A stretch of 64,000 bases of DNA from Prasinococcaceae sp. CCMP 1430 (taxonomy: Eukaryota > Plantae > Prasinodermophyta), in assembly GCA_013416795.1 (NCBI GenBank), contig RQSC01000032.1, positions 398,823 to 462,822 of the forward strand. The letters run 5' to 3'. Of the stretch, positions 1-11,002 are shown in pieces. The notes under the pieces are model-generated. The model saw only the letters and a program-made list of their open reading frames with translations, had not been told where the DNA came from and did not search any database. The translations under genes and the position numbers were made by a program. The stretch's first letter is position 1; each line of letters begins with the position of its first letter.

Positions 1-664
1 CTCGCGCGCGCGCGCGGCCGGCGCGCCGCGCGCGCCGCCGCCGAAACCTAAACCTTCCGCTCCCAAAGGAAAACAAACTCACATCAACTCACCTTCTTCA
101 CACGCTTTTATCAAACCCTGGTTATGTAAACCCAATGTCCGCATCGGGCGCGCGCGCGCGCGCGCGCCCGCGCGCCGGCACCAACCGCACGTGGGAAAGT
201 GACGTCGCGCGGTGCTCTCCCGTTTCTGTATGTGACACCATTTGTAATCTCACACTCTGCGGTGCTCGCCGGCGCGCGCACTCGCGCGCACCCCGCGCGC
301 GCGACGCCGGAGCGGCGCGAAAAAAAATAAAATAAAAATAAATAAATAAATAAATAAAAAAAACACCGGAAAAGGCCCAACGAGGCGCGCCGAGCGCACT
401 CAATGTGACGTGCGACCCCCCGAGGCAGCAGGCCAAAGAAAAAAAAAAGGACGGAAAACAGCCCCGGCGGCGCCGGCGCCGGCGCCGGCGGCCGAAAACC
501 CGCGCGCGCGCGCGCGCGGCGAACGCCGCCGAAACCTCAACCTCTCTCCACGACGAAAATTGATCAAAATGCACGTGGAAGCGCGCTCTATGTAGACCCT
601 GTTGGTTCCGTACCTCAACGTCGCGCGCGCGCGCGCGCGCGCGTTGTTATGCGCATGCGAAGTG

Positions 665-2313
665 ATGGGCGAGCCGCCGAGCCGGCGGCTGGCGCCGGGC
701 GCGCTGCCTGCGGGGGGGGGGGAGGCGCCAGAGNNNNNNNNNNNNNNNNNNNNNNNNNNNNNNNNNNNNNNNNNNNNNNNNNNNNNNNNNNNNNNNNNNN
801 NNNNNNNNNNNNNNNNNNNNNNNNNNNNNNNNNNNNNNNNNNNNNNNNNNNNNNNNNNNNNNNNNNNGCCGCGTGCTCGCGGCCCGCGTCGCCGACGCGG
901 TCGCGGCTGCTCGACCTGGACGCGCTCCCCTTCGCCAACAGGCGGCTCAGCAAGCCCTCGGGGGCGGCGCGCCGCGGCGTGCCTGTCGTGACGGACAGCC
1001 CGTGCGCGGCGCTGAGCGCGCGGGCGCTGGCGGAGCGCATCGTCGACACGCTCCTGCGCCCGGCGGAGTGGACGCCGCCCGCCAACCGCGACTTCTTCCT
1101 CAGCCCGGCGGAGGTGTGCACCCTCTGCGACGCGGCCATGAAGGAGTTCGCGGCCGACCCGAGCTGCGTGCGCGCGCGCGCGCCGACCAAGATTTTCGGC
1201 GACGTCCACGGCCAGTTCGCCGACCTGCTGCGCCTGTTCGGCGCGTACGGCGCCCCCACCAGGGGCGCCGGCGGCGACGCCGCGCTGGTGGACTACCTGT
1301 TCCTCGGCGACTACGTGGACCGCGGCGACCACTCGCTGGAGGTCGTGTGCCTGCTGTTTGCGCTCAAGGTGCTCAACCCGCGCTCAATCAACCTCGTGCG
1401 CGGCAACCACGAGAGCAGGGACATCAACGCCTACATGGGCCTGCTGGACGAGTGCGAGGAGCGACTCTGCAAGGGCGCGGTGGGCGCGCAGGCGACAGCA
1501 GGGGGCGCGGGCAAGGAGTGGTGGGCGGGCATGGCGCCGGGCGAGAGCGCGGCCGCCGAGGCGTGGGAGCGCATCAACGACGTCTTCGATCACATGCCCC
1601 TCGCCGCGCTCATCGAGGGCAAGATCCTGTGCGTGCACGGCGGCATCGGCTCGACCATCCACACCGTGGAGGACATCGACGCCATCCGGCGCCCGATCTC
1701 AGTCGAGGCCGGCGGCCAGATCCTCACCGACCTCCTCTGGTCGGATCCGACAGACAACGACGGCGTGAAGGGCGTCGTCCCGAACCCGCGCCGCGGCGCC
1801 GACGTCGTGGCCTACGGCCCTGATGTCGTCGAGACCTTCTGCGCCCGCAACGGCATCGAGATGATCGTGCGCGCGCACGAGTGCGTCATGGACGGCATAG
1901 AGCGCTTTGCCGGCGGGCGCCTGGTGACGGTGTTCTCCGCGACTGACTATTGCGGGGTCGCCGGAAACGCGGGCGCCGCCCTGCTCGTCGACCGTGAGCT
2001 CGACGTGCAGCCGCTCATCATCCAGCCGAACCGGGCCGCGCAGCCAGACACGCCCGAGCCGATCGCGGCGCCCCTGGCCGCTGACGTCGCCCACGAGGGC
2101 GCGGGTGCCGAGGGCGACGCGAGCAGCTCGGACTCGGACTTGTCGTCGGACTCGGAGAGCGACGACGAGGCCGAGGCGAAGGCGGAGGCGTCTGGCCCCG
2201 TCGCGGGCGCGACCGCCGAGCCCTGCACGTCGCCGTCCACCGCGGCGCTCCTGGCCGACGAGGACGCCACGCGCTGGTATTTCGACGCTGGCACTGACGG
2301 CAAAGGAGAGTGA
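665..2313 (+). CDS. Ser/Thr protein phosphatase, PPP family, BSU1/BSL (PPKL)-type catalytic domain; 5' end interrupted by the N-gap at 734-867
   Basis: GDVHG, GDYVDRG, RGNHE, HGG and RAHECVMDG..F..G.L.T.FSATDYCG motifs; BSL-like segments LLRPAEWTPP..R.FFL and DLDALPFANRRLS. Start at ATG 665 is tentative. Confidence 0.88.
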
Positions 2314-2957
2314 CGCCGTACCTCCGACGGAGCGCGTGCGTAGACGCACGTGCCCCCCAACCCCCCCACCCCGCCCCGAGAGAAGAGGGCAGCAGCAACG
2401 CAAGAGCAGCATGTAGCACGCATTTTATTGCCGCAGGGGCGCTCGGGAGGCATGTCATCCCGGGCGTCCTTGTGCGCGTGTTTGCCGAGGCGGTCGCAGG
2501 ATTCCGCGCCACCGCCACCGAGCACGACAACAGACACAGAAACCAAACAAAAATGACCCAGCCGACAGACAGGACCGCCACGCCACACCGCTAATATGAA
2601 CCACCACCGTGTGCCCACCTCCGCCTCCCTTCGCCTCCCTCCGCCCCACACAGTATACGACGATCCGCCCTCCGGCGTGCGGCCTCGAGCCCGCGCGCGA
2701 CACATAGAGAAAGAAACAGCCGGCGCCTCAGTGAGGGTGACCTGGCACAGACATCGGGATTGAGATAATTTCAGCGTTTCCTACGCACACTGCGGCTCAC
2801 GCGCGTCTGCCTCGACTTGTGCGCCGCTCGAGCGCGGGCGGGCGGCCCTCGCTCGCCCTCGAACGCTTGCCTGCGCGGCTGTGCTGCGGTGCGTTAAGAT
2901 TCTGTGTGATTATTGGTACAACGGTGTGGCCCGCGTCCGGCGGGCGCCACCACTCGC

Positions 2958-3958
2958 TCACGCCGCGGCCTCGGCCTCCACCACGTCCTCCTGGATCACG
3001 ATGAGTGTGAACTCGGGGTCGGGTGCAACGAGTATCTCGTGCTGCTTCGACCTCAGCCTGAGGAATTGCAGGTCATTTTGCGGATCGAGGTCGCGCACGG
3101 CGCTGCGCGCCATCGAGGCGAGCTGAGGCACCAGGCGCGCGTACTGCGCGGTCACGTCGGCCTCGCAGCTGCTGCGGATGGCGACGCCCTCCTTGTCCAC
3201 TATGATTGTACCGATGACGCCGCGGTGGCCGTTGATGCGCTGCAGCGTCGCCTCGACCTCGGACTGCGCAGTCGTGGGCGGCGCGCGGGCGCAGCGCGGG
3301 CAGGCACACACCGACCAACGAGAGCGCACGGAGCAGCGCAGGCAGGAGCGGGCATGGGCGTCAGCGGTTGGCACAGGGTAAAGGAGCGCGCGGTTGAGCC
3401 TGCTCCACGGCGGCCACACAGCACAGGGCCATGCACACGGAGGCGCGGCACCGGCTCGCGCTGCCTCCGCGCCAACAATCAGCGCGAGCACACGCCAAGC
3501 CACGTCGAGCGGCCGGGCGTTCGCTCTTTGACCCTGGCGCGCTCTGCTGCACGGCGCAGGCCCCTTCGAGCCTGCCGCTGCTGATGAGCGCTCCCATTCC
3601 CTCCCTCCTCCCCCCCCGAAAAAAAAGTGTCGCGCGCGTGCGCGCTCCCGTCGGGTCCTCCCTGAGCGCGCGCACGCGCGCGTCCGAGCGACTGCTCAAG
3701 AGCGCAAGCCAGCCAAACTCGCACACATAGTTCCTCGAAGCGGCCGCGGGGGGTGCGCGCGCCGCGCGCCTGCCGAGCCGCGCGGGCGCGCGCGCGCGCG
3801 CGCGCTCCCTTGCCCACTCCCCACGCGTCGCCAAACGCCGCGGGAGCACGCGAGCGCAATCGCGCGCCCGCCGCGCTCTCCTCCTCCCGTAAGCCGCGCC
3901 CGCGCGTCCCGCCCTCGCCTTTCCTCCCCATATCCACGCCCTCCCCCCAACGCACCAT
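2958..3958 (-). CDS. DYNLRB: Dynein light chain roadblock/LC7; exon 1 is ATG only (3958-3956), intron 3955-3264, exon 2 3263-2958
   Basis: [26 protein letters not shown]...[27 protein letters not shown]; ATG|GTGCGT donor and GCAG|TCC acceptor. Exon 1 position is inferred. Confidence 0.9.
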
Positions 3959-4581
3959 GGCGCACCGCCGCTTCCCCCACGCACGCAGCCCGCGCGCGCA
4001 GTGTGGCTCGCCGCGTCCGCCGCCGGTCAGCGCCCGTCGCCGCGCGCGCCGCAGCACCAAAAAAAAAAAAAACGACGCTTCCGGAAAACTTTGCGCACAG
4101 CATTTTGATGCTGTTTCCGTCGATTTCTTCCATTTATCGCCTTCTTCAATCGACGCCATTTTCGTACATAAGTGCGAACTCCGTAGAAATGCGGCGCCGT
4201 ACGCGCGTCGTAATTGTGAACCCTACATGTTATTGACCCTAAATATAACCTGAACTTCGCATGCGTGCGCAGCAGCTATCCGCGCGCTGCGCTCGTGGAC
4301 CGTCAGTTACTCAGGGGATGGGCGGCACACAGGGGGCGCGCCGCTCGCCCCCCTCAACCACCCCCTCCCCACCCCCATCCTTCCGCCGCGCGCGCGCCCC
4401 GTGCGTCCCGACGGGACGGGCGTTCCCCTCCTACTCCCAATTCAATCCCATCCGCACGGGGCGGCGAGCGGCGCCGCGGCTGCGGGAGCGAGAGCGTGCG
4501 GCGGGGCGGCGGGCGGGGCTTGGGGGTGGGTGGGGGTCGATCGAGGGGCGTGGCGCCGGGGCGCAGGGCTGCGAGGCGGCC

Positions 4582-5583
4582 ATGGGCGGCTGGCGGCGTG
4601 ATGACGCTGGCTTCAGCTTTGCCCCGGTGTGCGTGCCGACGGGGCGGGCGGGCAGCGTGGACGGTGCGCCGAATGGCTCGGCTGCGGCCCGGAGCGCGAC
4701 CGTCGCCTCCGAGCGCCTGCTCGCGCTCGTGCGCGGTGCCAGCGCGCAGGGCCGTCCGCCCATCTCGCGCTTCAACGTGGGCGCGGTGGGCGTCGCGTCG
4801 TCCGGCCGGCTCTACTGCGGCTGCAACCTCGAGTTCTGTGGGTCCACGATGAACGCGACCATCCACGCCGAGCAGTTCCTGTGCGTGGTTCTGGCCATCC
4901 ACGGCGAGCGCGGCATGGACGAGCTCGCTGTCACCGCGCCGCCATGCGGCCACTGCAGGCAGTTCATGCAGGAGCTCCCGGCGGCGGGCGACGTCGCCGT
5001 GCACATCCACCGGCTGAGCAAGGTGGACAAGACCGACGACGCGGCGGCGCTCGTCAGGCACGACCGCGAGGAGGAGCGACTCGCAACGAGCCTGCACGAG
5101 CTGCTGCCGCACGCCTTCGGGCCGAGCGACTTGGTGCCAGACCCGACCTACCTGCTGCAGCACTCGGACGAGTGCACGCGGCAGGCGCTCATTGATGCGC
5201 GCGACGGTATCCTCGCGGCGTACGTGTCCGGCGGCGCGGGTGATGCTCACGGCAAGCTGAGCGAGGGGCTAGCGAAGGCCGCGCGGCTAGCGCGCTCCAA
5301 CGCGTACACGCCCTATTCGAACTGCAAGGCTGGCGTGGCGCTCGTGGGCGCCGATGGGCGCTACGCGTGGGGTTACAACGTTGAGTGTGCGGCGTTCAAT
5401 CCGACCATCGCACCGCTGCAATTTGCGCTCGTTCACTGGGTGCAGGGCGGGGGGGGTGACTGGATGGATATCCAGCGGGTTACGCTCTGCGAGGAAGTCG
5501 GAAACACCTCATACGAGGCTGCTACTAGGGCGTTGCTCTGCGCCATCGCCCCCGAAGCTCACCTCGAGGTCGTGCGGCCATAG
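4582..5583 (+). CDS. CDA: Cytidine deaminase, two-domain homodimeric (plant/E. coli) type
   Basis: PISRFNVGA, NLEF, HAEQ and PCGHCRQF zinc motifs, LLPHAFGP.DL, second domain AYTPYS...NVECAAFNPTIAPLQ. Confidence 0.92.
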   Translation: MGGWRRDDAGFSFAPVCVPTGRAGSVDGAPNGSAAARSATVASERLLALVRGASAQGRPPISRFNVGAVGVASSGRLYCGCNLEFCGSTMNATIHAEQFLCVVLAIHGERGMDELAVTAPPCGHCRQFMQELPAAGDVAVHIHRLSKVDKTDDAAALVRHDREEERLATSLHELLPHAFGPSDLVPDPTYLLQHSDECTRQALIDARDGILAAYVSGGAGDAHGKLSEGLAKAARLARSNAYTPYSNCKAGVALVGADGRYAWGYNVECAAFNPTIAPLQFALVHWVQGGGGDWMDIQRVTLCEEVGNTSYEAATRALLCAIAPEAHLEVVRP

Positions 5584-5648
5584 GACGACGTGGTGCGCGC
5601 GCGTTTTGCTCGTATAACAATGCCATCGTATTAACTCCAAGTCGGGAA

Positions 5649-5699
<51 letters not shown>
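5649..5699. repeat. Poly-G tract (others at 7970-8004, about 10926-10942, 25038-25065 poly-C, about 44028-44048, about 61716-61743)
   Basis: Directly visible homopolymers in intergenic/UTR regions. Confidence 0.9.
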
Positions 5700-5752
5700 C
5701 GCAGCGCCGAGGCAACGCCAGGCATGTAGCGGCTGGTGCCCGATCAAACGTC

Positions 5753-7378
5753 CTAGACGACGGAGGCGCCCTCTGCTTGGACCGGGCCAGTGGCGGTCGC
5801 GCTGTCGGTCCGGTCATCGTCCCGCACAAAAAGGGCGTCGACTGGGGCCGCGCTGTCGGCGGCGCGCACTTCGACGGCGCGCGCGTCGGTGGTGTCGGCG
5901 GCACTCAGCTGCGAAATCTGCACGTAGCGGCCCGGCGTGTCCTCTCGCCCAATGAGCACGACAGCCACCGATGCCGCGCATATGTACAGACATGCGGCGA
6001 GGAAGAGTGCCGCCGTGCCGAGGGCTGCGTACAGCTGCTCCGTGTACAGCATCGGCAACCACCACAGCAGCATCTCGAGCGTGGCGATGGCGCCCATCAC
6101 CTCGCCCTGTTCGCGGTGCGACTCCTCGCACAGTCTGCTGATCATGCTGCGACCGACGGGCTGGTACACAGACCCCAAGTGCTGCACGCCGAGGCCGACA
6201 ACCAGGGCAGCGTCCGAAGCCTTGCCCGAGCCGAACGCGCGCGTCGCCGCCAGCCCCTGCAGTGCGAGTCCGGCGGCGGCCGTCGCGAAGCCGAGGATCA
6301 TCAGGGCGCGCTCCGACACGCCTCCACTGCGTGCGGCGCGAGTGAGGCCGACCATGGCCAGCGCGGCGGTGAAGTTGCCGAGCGTGAATGTGTCGCCAAT
6401 AGCGGACTTGCTCCAGCCGCGGGCGCTCATTGTGAGCACTTGCACATTGACGGTGCCACCACGCGCCAGCCAACCAATTGCTAGAGCAAGCGCCAGGCGC
6501 GCACGCGTGCGACCGCGCCTCGCGAGAGCATCCCACGCGCCCAAGGGCGAGCTGCGAGCGAAGAGCCATCCCGGTAGTTCGACGCCACCACATCGACACC
6601 CCGTGCGGCGCGTGCAGGAGGGAGCGGCGGAGGCCGTCTCGCCTGCGGCCAGCCCTTGCGCCTTCGGAAGCGTCTCCTCCACCGTCAGCGCGCCGACTGC
6701 GGCCGCGCCAATGCCCGCGAGCGCGCTCAGCCAGAAAGGGGCCGTATACGCCACCGAGTCCGCGAGCCAGCCCCCAAGTGCCGGCCCAGTCACGAGCGCT
6801 GCGAATGTCACCGTCTCGAAGAGCGCGAACAGATACGAGCGCCCGGCATTCCGCGGCGCGTGGTCCGCCACGACCGTCGATACCGTTGCGATGATGGTCG
6901 GCCAGTTGGTGACGAACCCCGTGAGTGAGAGCGCCACGACGGTCACCCACAACGGCTGGCCGAGCAGGCTCACGCACACCAGCACAACGAGGGGAGGCAG
7001 TGCCATCCCTCCTGTCGTGACGAGCAGCGGCAACTTCCGCCCGTGACCATCCATGCGCGCCACCACGGCCTGGATGACCAGCGTCGCTGCAACGCCCATG
7101 CCTACCCCGAAGGAGGTGATGGCCCTGTTGGCCTGCGCATCACTGCCGGCAATGTCTGCGACGAGCGCCGGCAGCGACGCCGATTGGCACAGCGCGTACG
7201 AGAACCACGAGAGGAAGGCCACGCACGCCAACCAGCGTAGCTGCACCTCTTGTGCGTGACGGCGCCACTCGCGAGAGCGCGTCGCCGGAGCACTCGAGAC
7301 GCCGAAAGCGTCACTGCGCGGGAGGCCTTCGCCCACCCCCACCACCTCAGGAAACTCACCGTCCGCGTCTGCAGCCAT
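5753..7378 (-). CDS. Major facilitator superfamily transporter (TetA/SLC46-like)
   Basis: 541-aa ORF with about 12 hydrophobic segments, motif-A-like MDGHGRKLPL, GPALGGWLA and a central loop. Confidence 0.8.
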   Translation of the reverse strand: MAADADGEFPEVVGVGEGLPRSDAFGVSSAPATRSREWRRHAQEVQLRWLACVAFLSWFSYALCQSASLPALVADIAGSDAQANRAITSFGVGMGVAATLVIQAVVARMDGHGRKLPLLVTTGGMALPPLVVLVCVSLLGQPLWVTVVALSLTGFVTNWPTIIATVSTVVADHAPRNAGRSYLFALFETVTFAALVTGPALGGWLADSVAYTAPFWLSALAGIGAAAVGALTVEETLPKAQGLAAGETASAAPSCTRRTGCRCGGVELPGWLFARSSPLGAWDALARRGRTRARLALALAIGWLARGGTVNVQVLTMSARGWSKSAIGDTFTLGNFTAALAMVGLTRAARSGGVSERALMILGFATAAAGLALQGLAATRAFGSGKASDAALVVGLGVQHLGSVYQPVGRSMISRLCEESHREQGEVMGAIATLEMLLWWLPMLYTEQLYAALGTAALFLAACLYICAASVAVVLIGREDTPGRYVQISQLSAADTTDARAVEVRAADSAAPVDALFVRDDDRTDSATATGPVQAEGASVV

Positions 7379-7473
7379 ATAGGAAGCTGCACGTGCTCGC
7401 CGCGGCCCGCCCCACGATCACCCTAACAGATCCGCTCCCGTGGCCTACAAACTAGTTGAGCGACCGCGCGCGC

Positions 7474-7761
7474 TCACCACCAACCCTTCTTCGCCGGCAC
7501 CGCCTCGCCCGCCACCTCGCCCATCCTCTTGGCGCGCTTGGCCTCCTTGACCTCAGCGATCATCTTCGACGTCGCGGCGTCCATCTCCTCGCGCGTCACA
7601 GCCTGGCCGGCCGGATACTTGATGTACTGGAAGTAGTCGATCACGCCGAAGAGGTTCTTGTCATTCTGCGCAACGGCGACAGTCATGATCGCCGGGATCG
7701 CCAGGTAGAGCGAGAACTTGAAGGCCTCCACGGCGTGCGCGCCCTTGCCCCACGCGACCAT
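7474..7761 (-). CDS. PET100: PET100-like small mitochondrial cytochrome c oxidase assembly protein
   Basis: 95 aa; EAFKFSLYLAIPAIMTVAVAQN..N...YIKYP resembles the plant PET100 pattern E..KF..Y..vP......N.....Y.vYP. Confidence 0.7.
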   Translation of the reverse strand: MVAWGKGAHAVEAFKFSLYLAIPAIMTVAVAQNDKNLFGVIDYFQYIKYPAGQAVTREEMDAATSKMIAEVKEAKRAKRMGEVAGEAVPAKKGWW

Positions 7762-7967
7762 CGCGGGGCCGCTCCCAAGTCCTGGCCCACCCGCCCCGGC
7801 GCCGCCCCGCGCTGCGCAGGCGCCACCAAACCGCCCGAGGAAACTTGAGCGAAGCCGAGACCGCACGAAGAGGGGAGAGGGGGGGATGGGGGCGGGTAGC
7901 CAGGCGCGGGCGCGGGGGTGAGGTGTGTGTGTGTGCGTGTGTGGTGGTGTGGTGTGTGTGTGGTGGT

Positions 7968-8005
<38 letters not shown>

Positions 8006-8382
8006 GTCGAGCACGCGGGGTGTGGCTCGCCCCGCGCTGCGCCTGCGCAAGGCACTCAACGCGGGCTGCATTTTTTTGGTGACGTGGTCGGCACATACTG
8101 TACAAGCTTGGCACATATAGCAAAAAAAAAAAAAAAAGACGTGCGTGTTCCCCACGGACACTCACCTGCTCCCACACGCGCGCATGGCTCGACCCGACCC
8201 ACCCACCCCCGGTAGCGCTCGCGCGCCTCCCTTCGGACGTGCGCGCGCGCTCGCTCGCACACACACGCACGGGCAAACGTTGATAATGTTACAGTGCGCG
8301 GGCCGGTCGGGGCTCTACCCGCTCCCCGCACGCGTGCTCGCTCGCTCTCGCCGGCTCGCTGGCGCGCTCGAGCGACGCCGGG

Positions 8383-10257
8383 CTATTGCGCGGCGTCCGG
8401 TGCAGCGACCGGGTTGGCTGCCGCGAGGTGGCCGGCGTGCAGCCTCCTTCTGGCCAGCCCATTGCCACGGCGCGGGTCGCGCGAGTACTGGACCGCGAGC
8501 CAGCAGCCCGACAGCACGGCGAACGCGCAGAAGGCGATGAGGAAAACGTTGTAGACGTAGAGGTACTTGATGCCGCGCAAGTGCTCCACCTGGTTGCCGA
8601 AGATGTCCTCGATTTCTGTGTCGTTGGCGTACGCGTCGAAGACCTGAGCACAGAACTGGATGACGGCTAGGCAGCTCAGCATGATGATGCCCACGTTAAA
8701 TAGGAACGAGCTCATCAGAGTGCCGTTGACGCGCATGGGATGCACGGTGACGAAGCCCACGCCGACGCCCAGGCGGAAGTTGCCTGCGATGACGGTGCAC
8801 ACGAGGTAGAAGCAGAAGATGGCGAAGGCCAGGACGCCGAAGAGCGGGAAGGCGTTGTCGAGCTCGATGAAGAAGTCGTTGAGGAAGGGCGTCACGGCGG
8901 GCTGCACGAAGACGTACAGGACGATGTGGAGAACCCACGCCAGTGACACCATCACCGACACGATGCCCAACGTGAACTTGAGGATGTAGCCCATCACTGT
9001 GAAGGCCCACTTGGAGTCAGCGTTATCCCCTTGTGGGAACATCGCGGTCAGCTCCATCTCGTCTTCCTCCAGCAAGATGAGCTCCTTGTTGAGCGCTGCG
9101 ACCTGCTTCTTCCACCGGCGCGTCTTGCCTCCCGCGCGTTCCTCGGCGCGGAGCGCCCCGGCAATCTCCTTGAGCTCCTTTGAGCGGTGCGCGATCACGC
9201 GAGCCTCCTTCTGGTACTGCGAGCGCGTGATCGTCGACTTCGGCCTGTATACAAAGGCCATGATGCTGTCGACCGGCAGCGAGGTCACACCAACGCCGGC
9301 GTAGATCATGAAGAGCAGCCAACCCACGATGCTCACCAGCGCGATCACGTACACGAGGAACGACGGGCGCAGAGTCCACGTCTCCTCGCCGACCGGGGTG
9401 ACGAGGGCGTCGCATCCGAGTGCGGGCAGCGCGCCAGGCTTGCCGGGCGCGGGCGTCGCGTGCGGTGAGCACGCGGCGGGCACCACGCCCGGGAGCTCCC
9501 TCAGCGCGCCGGTGTCGGGGTCGAGCTGCAGGCTGGTCAGTGAGGAGAGGTCGTCAAGACCGGAGTACAGCGGTTGCACGGGATAGTCAACGTAGCCGGC
9601 CAGGCCGTATCCCAGTCCGAGCACGAGCGCCGAGACGATTAGAATCATCACCGTCCACTGCGCGCCGCTTGCGAGCCTCCCCACGACGGACATTTCACTG
9701 TCGGCCTCGTAGTAGAAGAGGCAGAAGGGGATGACCACGCCGATCCACAGCGCCATCATGATGTACACGGCGAACCAGATCGATCGCATGGGTAGGGTGA
9801 GCTCGCACGCCGACGCGACCACATTGTCGTCGCACGCGCCACGATTCGCCACGTCTAGTGGCAAGAGCAAGACCCCCCACGCGCACTGGGGATGCGCACG
9901 CGGGCGAGAGGGACAGGGTGGGAGGACGAACGGGTGAGTGTGTCGGCCGGCCGGCACGTTGAGGTCAGCCCGTGCGCGCGTTGCGGCGTGCCGCGCGCGG
10001 CGGAGATCGCTGCAAGCGCGCGAGCGAGCGAACGCAGGGTCCCTTTTTCAACGCGCGCCAGTGCTTGCGCGCGTGCCCGCGCCCGGCGCGTGGCAGCGAC
10101 GCACCACCGACAGCCCCAGCAGCACGACAGCTTTGGGCAACCACGCTTGGTTGCGGTCCTGCGGGTGCTGGTAGTGCACGATGAGGTACGCGTTCACCGC
10201 CAGGACCAGCGGCACGACCACGCACACGATGATGACCAGGAACAGATTGTACGCCAT
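8383..10257 (-). CDS. LMBR1/LIMR-family membrane protein; exons 10257-10105 and 9885-8383
   Basis: YLIVHYQHPQDRNQAWLPK, LLPLDVANR, IPFCLFYYEAD, HPMRVNGTLMSSFLFN; phase-0 GTGCGT...CCCAG intron. Confidence 0.92.
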
Positions 10258-10469
10258 CGCTTGCCGCCAACCGCCATCTCCTGCACGAAGGCAAGGCGCT
10301 CGATTCGCTCCTTGCTGTTGAGCACGAAACGGCCCATGGTGGTGGGCTTGTATCCGTCCAAGTCCGGGCAAAGCTCGAGCAACCGCTGCATCTTGCTCGC
10401 GAGCAGCTCCGGCTGCATGGTGAGCAGGCTCGGCGTAGACTCGAGCAGCTCCTCGAGCTCCTCTCGGCT
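10194..10469 (-). CDS. 3' fragment of an unknown protein with mTERF-like helical repeats; 5' part broken by the single-N join at 10470
   Basis: High-GC3 codons encoding ELEELLESTPSLLTMQPELLASKMQRLLELCPDL; the frame continues over the LMBR1 ATG to a TGA at 10196-10194. Confidence 0.45.
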   Translation of the reverse strand, partial: SREELEELLESTPSLLTMQPELLASKMQRLLELCPDLDGYKPTTMGRFVLNSKERIERLAFVQEMAVGGKRWRTICSWSSSCAWSCRWSWR

Positions 10470-11002
10470 NGCCCTGCCGGGGCGCCGGGGCGCCCCGGCC
10501 GGGGCGTGGCCCCCGTCGGCGGCGGAGGCGCGCGCTGCGCGCAGTGGAGGCTCGATCGATCGATCGAACGATCGAGCGAGCGTCGGATCGTCATCAGCTG
10601 GGGGCGTGCGGAGGGCGCGCCCGCGTGGCGGCGCGGCGCGGCACATCGCGGCAAGGCATGGCGCCCGCTTGCGGCCCTGCGCGTCCACAGCAAGAGGACA
10701 TCAACTTGGCAACAAGCCGGACAGAAGGGGAAATCGACCGACCGAGCCCCGCCCGCCTCAACAATCGAACAGCGCCGGCCTGTGGGCGCACGCGTGCAAG
10801 CTAGAACAGCGTCCCTTCGTTCGGTCCAGGCCTTCTTGTTCTCGATCGATCGAGCAGGTGCCAGCCAAGCTGCGGGCACGGCACGGCCGCGCCACTCGGC
10901 CGCGCCCGCGCGCTGGCGCCCGGTCGGGGGGGGGGGGGGGGGCAGCGCATGCCCTGCTGCAGCCCCGAGGACGCCGGCGTCGGGGTGCCGGGCGGGGACT
11001 CG

